The position numbers were made by a program, and so were the translations under genes. Below are positions 27,401 to 39,140 of a DNA stretch of 64,000 bases, in pieces. The notes beneath the pieces are model-generated. The model saw only the letters and a program-made list of their open reading frames with translations, was not told where the DNA came from and did no database searches. Source of the DNA: Trichoplax adhaerens (taxonomy: Eukaryota > Animalia > Placozoa); contig NW_002060944.1 of the NCBI RefSeq assembly GCF_000150275.1, forward strand, positions 6,919,102 to 6,983,101, read 5' to 3'. Every line of letters starts with the position of its first letter. Position 1 is the stretch's first letter.

Positions 27401-29342
27401 TTGTTGCTGTCCTGAAATCGGTCTTGCGGGTAAGATAGCTTCAAAGGGTAGTTAAATCGATCTACTGTATTACTATGCGCAAATTACTATTTGATATAAT
27501 TTATGTCTTGCTTTGATTTATAGGTTTTACTACTATTTTCCGTTTTCATCCTTGGTTTTGGTTTATCATTTTTTCTGCTAACAAATCAACAAATGGTATA
27601 TTGTATTTTATGAATGTCACACCAATTAAAGGGATGACAAATTATTTGGCGTTAAAACGATATTTCTTATCCTCTGTACCTATAGGATAGCTTCAAAACT
27701 ATTCCGCTCTCGCTCTTACGGGTTTTAATTATGATGTTAGGTGAAATTCAATTCGAAGAATTTTTACCTCACTTCTTTAATAGAACAGCTAGTTCAACTA
27801 CTGCTTCTGTTATGGGCGGCACCAACTCCATTCCATTTGACGTGCCTGCTGAAGTAGGCGCTATTCTGGCTTTTTTTTGCATCCTGATGCCGATTATTTT
27901 AATGAATTTACTGGTAAGATTTCTTTATTGGCTAAAATTCATAGTTATCAATGTAGATGAACAGATATCGAAGAAGAGTTTAATGCTTATTTCTTTTATT
28001 ACTTCCTAGGTTGGTTTAGCTGTCGGTGATATTGATGGTGTACGCCATGTAGCAGGTGTTGCCCGAATTCAAAGCCAGGTTATTAATTTAGTCCTATTCA
28101 CAGGCAAATTCAGTTAAACTCTATTAATTAATGAATTACTAAAGACATAGTATGGAAAGTAATTTAATCTTAGGAATGAATTTGTCTAGGTTTATTTCAT
28201 TGACGAAGTTGATTCTATGATGTGGAAATCATTGCAATGCCGATTTCATCTATCTGAAAATGCAATTAGGCCCAATGACCCAAATTCTGCGGTTTGTAGC
28301 CGAGCCATTGTGAACTAGCAATAGAATCTCGCAACTTTAGCGCTTTTTTTCTCGTATTTCTTCACTGCTGAACTTCTAATATAGCTCCTTTATCAAGTAT
28401 TAACATCCAAGATGTAATCTTCGTAGTTCTATAATTGATTCAAGGGGAAATTAACGAAATAGAACCTAAATCACTTATCGGCAGCTATAATCTTTTTCGA
28501 AATTTTTAATATAGCTCCTTTATCAAGTATTGATATCCAAGTTGTAATTTTCATAGTTCTACAATTAATTTAGTATCACTTTTCGGCAGTGATAGTCTCT
28601 AGTATCTAAAATAATGTTGCACCAGTACAATTTCTCCAGTTAATTCATATATCTAGGAGATATTGTGGATCATTCTTAAAGATTGGCTGGTTTTGTAGTT
28701 TTAGTAAACGTCTGCCTCGATTTAGAGTATCTCTGTGTCAATAAAACCTTAACCTATAAAATTTAGTATAGTAACATGATTCAGCTTGATAGGCTTTCAT
28801 CCTACACTCCATTTTTAAATAGCCAATTTTCACCTATTATGATTTATTAGATAGAATGCATAGGGCAATTATTCAAGTAGAGCAGCCGCTTTAATTCATT
28901 TGCTTTTTCATTTCAGGTTAATCGCTATCTTAGTCCTTTATTCATGCTGACTAAAAAAATTTCAGCTCCATTAGTTGATTATGATAGTCAGGACACGAAA
29001 TTGGAGAAAACTGTTCGAGAAATGTCAAAAGATTTTGATAAACAATATGAAAGGTAGGATAAAAAATGTAAAAAATTGCCTTATATGATACATTAATTGT
29101 TTAAAATGACAATGATAACACTTTAATAGATATAATCTTTGGTTATTTTCTACTCTCATGGCAAAAATTAAAGATTTAATTAACTTTTTGATTTTAGAAT
29201 CAAAGATATGCAGCGTGAAATGGATACGCAGAGTAAAGAATTAAGAGCTATAAAAGAACTTTTAGAGCAAGTAGTCACGCAAGATAGACCTGTGAGCGCT
29301 ACATTGAGTGCTACATTGAAAAGACAAATGTCTTCTGTCTAA
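18448..29342 (+). CDS. TRPA1: TRPA1-like ankyrin-repeat TRP cation channel, paralog B (multi-exon)
   Basis: Exon 1 MSGRKRTS...TIDLVL|gtaaga, followed by ankyrin exons (e.g. FSPLHYAAHYGH, GRTPLHLAAMHGH), LLNHPLARHLLEYKW, TM segments, pore MMLGEIQF and IILMNLL|VGLAVGDIDGVR. The protein ends KRQMSSV* (TAA 29340-29342). Most intron positions and phases match paralog A. Confidence 0.92.
18863..19152. repeat. ~93 bp degenerate tandem repeat x3 in intron 1 of TRPA paralog B
   Basis: Three copies of 'aaagcaaaa.gatgtataa..tgaaatg.atatttcta..aattcagttagat..tga.t..a.t.aaagctttagt'. Confidence 0.75.
28375..28570. repeat. ~130 bp tandem duplication in a late intron of TRPA paralog B
   Basis: 'aatatagctcctttatcaagtatt.a.atccaag.tgtaat.ttc.tagttcta.aatt.att' at ~28378 and ~28508. 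Confidence 0.8.
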
Positions 29343-30576
29343 ATTTGACAATTTTTAATCGAGAAATCAATTAATATCAGGGTTATGGATATTTCCTTAG
29401 TGTCTAGCACATTTTGTGAAACTAACTACCGTAGCCAACTTTAAAGTATCATTTTATTATAGGAGTAATTACCGATATATACGTATATTTATCGTTTTTT
29501 GAACAGCAGTAGTGCCTATTTACGTATCTTGCTTTTTATCGCGATTTTTTCCCCCATCACCAACTATAGGTGCTATTTAATTATGAGCTCGAGATGTGAG
29601 CAATTTGGTTAAAATATGAATATTTTTAAGTTACCGATGAAGCTAATTATGATGTTATTTTATGTTAGCCAAGTGTGTTATGTGTAGCTAAGGAGATTTT
29701 GTAGCAAAGGTAAAATGTTCTGTAATATCGTGGATAATAATGTCCGACTAGCAATAGTTACCTTCCCATTTATATATATGTTAAGTAGTAAATGTTGCTG
29801 CTTAGCTTGGGTGATGAATTAAAATCGAGCAATTGAAAGGCACTCGATTTTAAAGTAATTGATTGTGTTTTTATCATTACTTTCTAGTAGTGATCAAATG
29901 ACTTCAAATTTATCACGTAAAGGTATTTAATATTCAATGTCTTATTCAACAATTATCTTGCACAGACACAATGGACTGTGTGTTGATTAAATTATCGTCA
30001 TTTATTGGCTGCTATATTACAAACTTTCCTTACTCGTTAATTATAGATAATGACATTTTTTACCCGATATAATATTTTTCAAGTGTTATATTTTCTGCGA
30101 TTGGAAAAGATTGCAGTAAAATATATTAGCACGATATGTTACAATAATCCTTTTGTAGGTACTCAATCATTATTAATCGATGTAAGTATGATAAATTTAT
30201 CTTGCTGAGATTTTATATCACCGAAATAGAGGACTATTTAAATAAAATTGTTTAGTTAAACTGTAATAAGAATTTTATTTGCAATGAACGCTTGTTGCAA
30301 GTAAAACTATAATCACAAAATTTCCAATTTCTATATACAATGCATAAAAGTGATTATCTTGTAGTTTTTAGTATACCGAAACTGCATGTAGAATATTCTA
30401 CATAAGGATATAGTGCAGAGTTTCAATGGTTAAAAGATTAATATAATATACAGTATTTCCCGCGTGTTTTAACCAATTGTAGCAAAAATTAGCTAATATA
30501 CAGTACATCATTGGACGATCGAATATAATACTAAGTCTATATCATGATATAACAACCGGTAAATAATCCATTACTG

Positions 30577-31327
30577 TTAATCACAAGAACCGTCTTTCCA
30601 TCCATCACGCCATCGTTCGTTGACTTTTGAACAATCGAATAATTTTTTACCTAGCCTGCCGTTCACTTCGTTATGGGCATAACACATCCATTTGGAAAAG
30701 CGATCTTGATTTTCAGCCTGAGGTGGATTATCTTTCATCCTAATTGCATCAATATCAACGTCTTTTTAATAGGAAAGAGTTTACAATTATAATTGAACAT
30801 TATATATGCATATCAAGGCTACGATCTTACGTATTGGAAAGTATACAATTATAGTTGCTCATTACATCTGTATGTTATTATGCACTATTCTCTATATTTA
30901 AGTTTTCTTCTAGACTATAGGCTATATTTGTATAATGTCTAAAGTATGCTGGATAATAACCATTTAAAATAAGGGCTTGTTTCCAAGTTCAGACACTTTT
31001 TATGACTTACCAACTTCTTAAATGAGTAGCACAATCATCACATGGAAAAAATTTTGAAAATAGGTGCATAAATTTATGAATGTCTTCCTTTTGTGATGGG
31101 CTTGGATTGTCAGGGTAGTAAGCGGCCATGGTATGTAGAAATCCCCAGGTCGAACGCCCTAATTCGCCGAGAAATAATGGACATTCTTTCTTTTCAGTCG
31201 ACTTGTTATCTTGAGCTACGGGAGGATCAGGTTTAGTAGTATGTTTTTGATTGGTTGCTTGGGTCTCCTGCAGACCGGCCCATGATTTAAAGTCAGAACA
31301 AGCACGACATTTGCGAGTTGCATCCAT
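30577..31327 (-). CDS. GFER: FAD-linked sulfhydryl oxidase ERV1/ALR (2 coding exons: 31327-31011, 30739-30577)
   Basis: [16 protein letters not shown] (CRAC shuttle motif), [27 protein letters not shown] (active-site CxxC), [38 protein letters not shown] probable 5'UTR exon ends at a GTAAGC donor near 31710. Confidence 0.96.
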
Positions 31328-31959
31328 TTGTCTTTGGTTGTAAGAAATAGGCAAAGTACCTATTGATGGTATTAAGTACGCAAAGTGATATGATCTCTAA
31401 TCCATATGCATATAGGCTTGGTACAGTAAGATATTTGTAAAGTATCTTCTAGGTAAACCGATCTACTTCACCATATGCATGTTAATCAATGAATCAATAG
31501 AATGAATCAGCAGTAGAAAGCGAGTATACTGATATACGAGTATGTAATAACTAGTAGAGAGCTGGTCTAATGTGAGTTGCTTATCCTAGGTTCAGTCTAG
31601 AGCCTACTTTGTTCCTTGCATTTACCATCCCATCGCACTGCTATCTATCTACTGACAAAATTAATCGCTATCAGATAGCCGGTAAGAGAGTGGTGACTTG
31701 TGAGCTTACCTTTGGACTATCCACTTCAATTCTGCAAAAATGTGCGTAATGGGTTGGAAATGATTTAAAATCCTACACAAGAATCCTTAGTTTATCGTAG
31801 TACCACTGCAATTGGAAAGGATTGATTACTTGATGACATTGGCCGTTGATAGCTAATAATTTCCAATTTGGTCGATTGATTGAACACGATCAATCAATAT
31901 CAATGGCCAAATGATGACGTGATATTGCATCGGTTTTCTACCCTTTGGATCATTTGAGC

Positions 31960-32130
31960 TACAGTACTGTACTGTAGTACTGTACTGTAGGGATCATTTA
32001 AACTACTGTACAGTCTCTGTACTGTACTGTACTGTACTATACTGTAGAAATCACGTGGCGATTGAAGTGATTAAGTGAAATTCATACTGATACAGTACAG
32101 TAGAGTAGAAACTCCTAGGAGTTTCTAGTA
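31960..32130. promoter_or_regulatory. (TACTG)n-rich tract, E-box and perfect 22-bp palindrome in the GFER/EIF3B divergent intergenic region
   Basis: Repeated actgt/acagt pentamers at 31961-32047, CACGTG at 32052, and the palindrome TAGAAACTCCTAGGAGTTTCTA at 32106-32127. Confidence 0.55.
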
Positions 32131-33037
32131 GTAGGCTACAAGTGGTCAAATGGCTTTTTTTTCCTTTGCCTAGATGCATAATGGTGGCTTTCGAGGAAAC
32201 GCTCACCAGGTTATGGCATGGACTACAGAAGGTGCTGCCAATATGGTAGTTTTACTATTTATAGTATTACACTACTGTACAGTAGACCATACGAGAATAG
32301 CAAAAGTGGTTTGAATCAATGCTTACCCCCCCCCCCTCTCATCTGTACAGGTAGGTATTGACTCAATGACTCGGTAGCCACTGACTCTCCTTTGAATCCC
32401 CAATTCATCTCAGGTGCGTCTAGTTGTCCATCCATGCTTATGGATATTGGATAAGCCTCACGGTAATAATAGTATTTACAGTAAAGCAGCGCTGACAGTG
32501 ATTATTGCTTATACTGTACAGTATATTGAAGTTCTTTCTCTTACAAGTCCCTACATGCACCTCGCTGAGGTACAGTAGTGAAAAGTCTCTTTTATTACTT
32601 TGACTGATCTTTTATAACCTCTATTCAGGGAGTTTTAAAAAAAAATGGCCAGGATTTTCTCTTTCAAAGTCTCTGCTCTAACATGAGAAGCCCTTCACCG
32701 CTATACAGCTACAGTGTACAGTCTACACTTCACAGTACTATTCACCACAGACACAGTATACGGTACTGTAGTTTCGCTCCATTAGCACCGCAGGGGCCAC
32801 GTGTACTTGGGTAATGTGCTTTGAACTGGCGCACTGTCTATAGTATTCACTACGCTCAGTATGGTAGGGCTTCCAACGCTATTTGATATGATTTCAGTCC
32901 GACCAGACGTAACTCCTACAGTGATTAGACTGAAGTTCTCCATTCAGTACAGGCGTTATACCCAAGATTGGCGTATTTCAGTATCTCGGTAAGACTGGAT
33001 TCGCCATTCGCTGGAGGCCATCTTATCATTCAACGCC

Positions 33038-36000
33038 ATGGCTATGGAGAAAGATACCACGGACAAATCAAATCAAGAAGAGAACGACGAAGATTTAATT
33101 GATGAGAGCGAAATAGATGATGCTCAATTTGAAGATCCACCGGACTTTGTCGACAATTTAACTGATAGAGGTATGACTGGCATAGATTTTACAGCAACTC
33201 AAGTTGGAAATAGCAAGGGCTGTACTCAGTGGTCGTTGTTTGATGGCTAGCGAGTTCATGCTTTGAAAAATTTTATCTGCCAAGCAGATAGTCCTACACT
33301 AATTGATTCTACCTTTATACAGAGGATAACTATTCAGTCTAACTCTAAGTAGAAACTCGATTGATAACTTGATTGAAATTTTGTAAAATCATAAATAGAA
33401 TGAGTGAGTGCAAAAAGTTCTTCAATAGTACGTGCAATACTCCTCTCTATTCAACTCATACAGGAGTGATACGGTTACAGCGATGGTTGTGAACAAAATA
33501 AGAAGTTAAAAAAAAAAGTACTGTTTTGTCCATATAGCTTGTCTTCAATTGAGTTCCACTAAATATTGTAATTTTTACTGACTGTATTCCATGCTGCCAG
33601 GGATAACAAATGACCCTGTAGTCATAATACTCTGAAGTAGGGTCGGTCATTCTTGCACCCACGCGTAGTAGTCGATATTACTATAAAACGGATAATTCTA
33701 ATATCCTTATGAGTGAAACAACATTAGAGGCTTTGCAGTAAAGTAGATTTCTTACGATTGTGTTTCTCTAACCTGTATGGTACAGTTAACTATAAGATAG
33801 ATATGTCGATAGCCAATGACCTGCAGTCATAAAATTCACAAGTAGGATTATTCTTGTACCCACTATTAGTATCGATGACATTATATACTATAAAACGGAC
33901 ATTCCCAATATCCTTATGAATGAAACAACATGACATGGTACAGCTATAGGATACACTCTTACATGTCGTAATAGCATAAAAGAATTCGTAGCAATAGGTG
34001 AAAGTAAATGGATTAAACTTTTTATCTTTCTCTAATCTGTCATACCATGTAGACGTCGCAGCAGAAGGCGGTTTTATCTGCCCAATTGCCAATGATGACC
34101 TCAGCAGTTTACTGGTGGTTGACAATGTACCCGAAGTTGGTCAGGAGAAATTAGAAAAACTAAAAAATGTCATCACACGAATTTTCGGTCGATTTGGAAA
34201 TGTAACCTCCAATTACTTTCCTCAAGGTAGCAATGGCAAAACTAAAGGGTAAGTTAGCATACTGTTACTAACTTTAGTGCATGCATACATACGATATTGA
34301 ATCGTATCCAACTGATTAGCCATACGAAAATGGATGGAATAACGGTAGTTTATTGACATGTTGGCACTCTTGCTACGATAATGTATGCATAGATACATCT
34401 ACTGTATATTGGAAGGCTGTAATGACTACTTCCTGTATTCTTCAACTAATAACACGAGTATATCTTATTTGAATGAAACTATAGTCATTTATAAATACTT
34501 CACCTTTATTACTAGCTTCAGTGCTGTGTACGCAATTGCAGTACCCATTTTTATCTATACTGCATACATATGAATAGTATAGGTCTTCTTACGATCTAAC
34601 CAATAAGCTCGTACTTATATCATATTTTGTCAAATAATTGCAGTGCTGTTATAAACATTTATTCTCAGTTGAAATAGACGTAACTTTAGCGAAATCATAA
34701 GATACCAACTAGCATATTGGAATGATATGCTGTCTACTCTGCAATTCCTCTCAGTACGTGTACGAATGATAACACTAAAATTTAAATCTAGATATATTTT
34801 CCTGGAATTCGCTACCAAAGAAGAAGCTGTCAGCGCTTGCAGAGCAACCAATGGTTATGCACTTGATAAGCAGCACATTTTTGCTGTCAATCTATTTAAT
34901 GATTTTGAAAAGTAAGCGAATCTATCCTTATTATGCTTGTTTAAGTTCGTGTTGATAGTATTTGAATAAAAATATTTTGTTACGTTATTGATCTAAACTT
35001 TTAAACACAATCAACTACCCTTTCAATGATCGATTGTCAGAGATATCGCTTAGAGTCTATTGATATTTTACATTGATCAATTTTATAGTAAATGGTTAAT
35101 ATTCCGAATGATGCACTCAGAAACTTTCTATTCTTATTACTAGGTATCGTTCTCCTCCTTCACAGGAAAAAATCGAGCCTAATCCATTTGTTGAAGAGGT
35201 AGAAACGATATTCATTATCTAATAGCAATAAATGACTGTAATTTAAACTTTGATTTTACTAATACACTACTCTCGGTAATACGTATAAGTTTAATTATTA
35301 TCATTTAATCTTTTTAACTTATCTTTCGTTCTTGACAACTTGACTTAACTAGGAGAATTTACGTTGGTGGTTACAAGATCCTGACTGTGCTGACCAGTAT
35401 GCTATGCAGTTTGGCCACTACACTGGCATTTACTGGAATAGTACTCGCAGTCCTACGCTAATAATTGAACGAGAGGTAAGCCTATATTCTGTAGACATTA
35501 CTACTGGCTGTACCAATACCGTTATCTACCAAGTACAATCTTCATAGTTTTATTTCCACTCTATGTTAGCACTGGACTGAATCTGCTGCAGTTAAATGGA
35601 CTCCAAAAGGTACTTACCTTGCAACATGTCACGATAAGGGGATCATTTTATGGGGTGGTAAAGGATTCGACAGAAAAATGAGATTTACCCATCGAAATGT
35701 CAAGCATATCGATTTCTCACCATGCGAAAGGTAGAGTATGTAATTAAATACTTTATTAACTGTAATAGAATGTTCGAGATAAGTAAAAAACATGTAAAGG
35801 AATAATCCATTGCTGAACAGATTCAAATTTTTATCGTTATCATAGATATCTTGTTTCATTCAGTCCAGAATTTTTGGAGCAAAAGGAAGGCGATGATCAA
35901 ACGGTATCTATAATTAGTACAGTTAGATATTAGGATTGTTGCTAATATAGTGTTCTAAACTGCCTTACGATAATTTCAACTTTTACCGTAGGAGCCAATC

Positions 36001-38258
36001 ATTATTTGGGATGTTCGCACTGGAAAAAAGAAACGTGGATTTTATTGTGAACCTGATGCAATCCGATGGCCTGTCTTAAAGTAAGTACTATAATCTCTAA
36101 TAGCTTTAATATTATTGCTTAGTCAAGCATAATAATATTCTGGTATTTATATCGAGATCTGATCATAATTATCATCGTATAGGTGGAGTCATGATGGAAA
36201 GTATTTTGCTCGAATAACAAAAGCTGGGCAAGAAGATGCTTGTATTAGTGTCTATGATACAGAGGTATATTCATTAACTACCAACGGTAGTCCTGTAATA
36301 TTGTTAAATTAAGGCTTATTTTTATTTTAGACGTGTGGACTGCTAGATAAGAAGAGTATCAAGATACCATGTGTAAAGTGAGTAATTACATTATATTAAT
36401 AAAATTCTATTGGGCTAAGGCATTCATATTTCTATAATTGGGTACTATTTTTACGCTAGGGACTTTTCCTGGTCTCCTGGTGATCATGTCTTGGCTTTCT
36501 GGGTTCCAGAAGTTAAAGATATCCCTGCTCGAGTAACGTTAATGCAAATTCCAACGCGAAATGAAATTCGATCGAAAAATCTCTTTAGTGTCGCTGACGT
36601 TAGTATTTATTCAGATAAATTTGAATAAATGTAGTTGTTTATCGGTAGTGTTGTCAGTTTCTTTTGAGTAAATATTTATATTTGTTTACGTACAGTGTAA
36701 AATGTTTTGGCAAAGTAAAGGGGATTACCTTTGTGTTCAAGTGAGCAGAATGAATAAAAACAAGAAGGTAACATATAACCTAAATTATTTTATAATATTT
36801 TCAAGGTGATCCACCGTAGCAATATTTCTCTATAATTATAAATCCCACTTTGATGCTTGTACAGATTTCATTCTGCAACTTTGAAATCTTTCATGTCAGA
36901 CAAAAGCTAATCCCGGTAGATAATATTGAATTGCGAGGTAAGGCATTCAAATTATATTGATTTTCTTTTTTAACTGGCTACAATACTCAAACTAAATCTC
37001 ACAACCTCAATCCTTATCTGTTACTTAGATACCGTTGTCGATTGTGGAATCGAACCTGGTGGCTCAAAATTAGTTGTTATTCATGGAGAGGGTGTACGCA
37101 GCTCTGCATCATTTTACGAATTGCATGATGCTAAAGGACAACTATCTTGTCTAAGTAATTTAATTGAGATACTTTTGCATTTGAGTCGCTGCAAGTGCAG
37201 TATTTAACGTAGCGTTTATGCTTTATTGTTAGAAACCATAGAAAAAGTACAAGTAAATACTGTGTCTTGGTCACCTAATGGCAGATTTGTGGTTTTGGCC
37301 CAATTACGAACGTATGTTTAACTGATGCAGTCATTACATTCTTATCTAAAAATATTGCATTAAATATTAAATTTTATGTAAACTTGCATTTCAGATCTTC
37401 CGATGGTGTGCTAGAATTTTATGATAGTACCGATATAACGCTTATGGGTACCGGTGAACACTTTAAAGTCACTGATATCAATTGGGATCCTACAGGAAGA
37501 TATATTATTACTGGAGTGAGTAGCTGGGCTGTTAAGGTCAGTAATAGAGTAACAGACAACTTAAAAAACATTTATTTGTAACATTTTTATATATTCAGTC
37601 TACCTTATATACTTACGTATCGATAATTTTTTCATTGTATTAAGATGGATGCAGGTTATACTGCGTGGTCATTCCAAGGAAAATGTTTGCGCCAAGAACA
37701 AATAGATAACTTTGGAATCATTTCATGGCGTCCTCGACCTCCAACTCTTCTCAGCGCCGAGGAAATTTCACGTATTAAAAAGGATTTGAAAAAATATCAA
37801 CGTACCTTCGATGCCAAAGATCGTATGAGTCAAAGTAAAGCGTCAAAGGTAAAACAACAAATTGTATTTTTAATCCGTTAGCACTTGGGCATGATTCTAA
37901 CTTAGCATATTGTATATCAGTTTCTAAATTGGTCTCATACTATTTTACATAGGAACTCGTTGATAAGAGGCGAAAGCTTGTACAAGATTACACAACTTAT
38001 CGTGAACAAAAGACGAAGGTATACGAAAGGGAAGCTGTACAACGAAGGTCCCTTCGTTATGGTAAGCACATTATAAAACCTTGAAGGGATTTTTTACATT
38101 CTGATATAAAAAAGATTTGCAGATTGACTGTTATTATTGTTTGCACGGTCTTGATTTTATGCTACATTACAGAAGAAGAAGAAAAGAATACTGAAGATGA
38201 TTATGTCGAGGAAGTCATAGAGGTCTTAGTCAAAGAAGAGCTCTTCCCGATAGAATAA
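33038..38258 (+). CDS. EIF3B: Eukaryotic translation initiation factor 3 subunit B (multi-exon)
   Basis: Acidic N-terminus (FEDPPDFVD), an RRM ([20 protein letters not shown]...KTKG|YIFLEF...[14 protein letters not shown]), WD40-like segments ([15 protein letters not shown]), [10 protein letters not shown]...IKKDLKKY and an acidic C-terminus ending LFPIE*. Confidence 0.96.
33608..34110. repeat. Degenerate ~205-275 bp tandem duplication in EIF3B intron 1, overlapping the exon-2 acceptor region
   Basis: 'aatgacc.g.agtcataa...aagtagg...tcttg.accca...ctataaaacgga.a..c.aatatccttatga.tgaaaca' at ~33609 and ~33815; 'tttctctaa(c/t)ctgt' at ~33763 and ~34027. Confidence 0.7.
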
Positions 38259-39140
38259 TTTGTTTTACAAATAAATAAAATATCAGTCCACTCTGGGTGC
38301 CAATTATATCGTGACAAGAGTTTCGGCTATTTTATCGATTGCTTTTTCTGAGGTTGAATCTCTGTAACATTTGCATTCGGAATAAAATTTAAATCGATTA
38401 AAATCTATGTAATTAATTTATAATTATTTTATAATGTTCTCGTTGTGATTGATTGTTTATCCAGCATGATTTATTCAGTGATGAAATACGATATTTTTAT
38501 TTATAACACAGATTTCAGCTGACACTTAAACTCGTCTACACGTGGTATAAATATTACTTCTGTGGTAAAACTGATATGAATTGCTTGGGCAAATTGCTTT
38601 AGCTTTGTACAATTAATGTTAAAAGTCTACTTTCTGTACTCAACGTACGAGTTCTGAAATTGCACTATAACATAATATGGGGTGGGGGGCATCTCACAGC
38701 AATTGCTACTTCGGCGATGAATAGTGCATAACGTTGTGTTAATTTTTAAATTTTTACGAGGTTGAATAGTATATCGAAACAAAATTATCGTATTTTACAA
38801 ACGTTAACAACCCTAAAATGTGTACTAAGCGTACAAATATGCTTACAATGGCTAAAAATAAATTATAGTTTCTGCCGTTTTGGTAATGACATTACTGTAC
38901 AACAAAGATATCGAGAGAATTTGTTTCTCTAATACCCTGATCTTAACATCAAATCTAAACGGATGGGAGTATCTCATCCATAAACCATGGCTTAAAGCAT
39001 TCGCAAAATTAAAAACGGTGTCCATTTATAATAATTGCATACGTATATATATATATATTTTTATATAATTATAAGTAACATTTTGGTAAATAAAAATATT
39101 TCGTGAAATAGTCGTTCTTCACAGCCAACTTTGGCCAATA

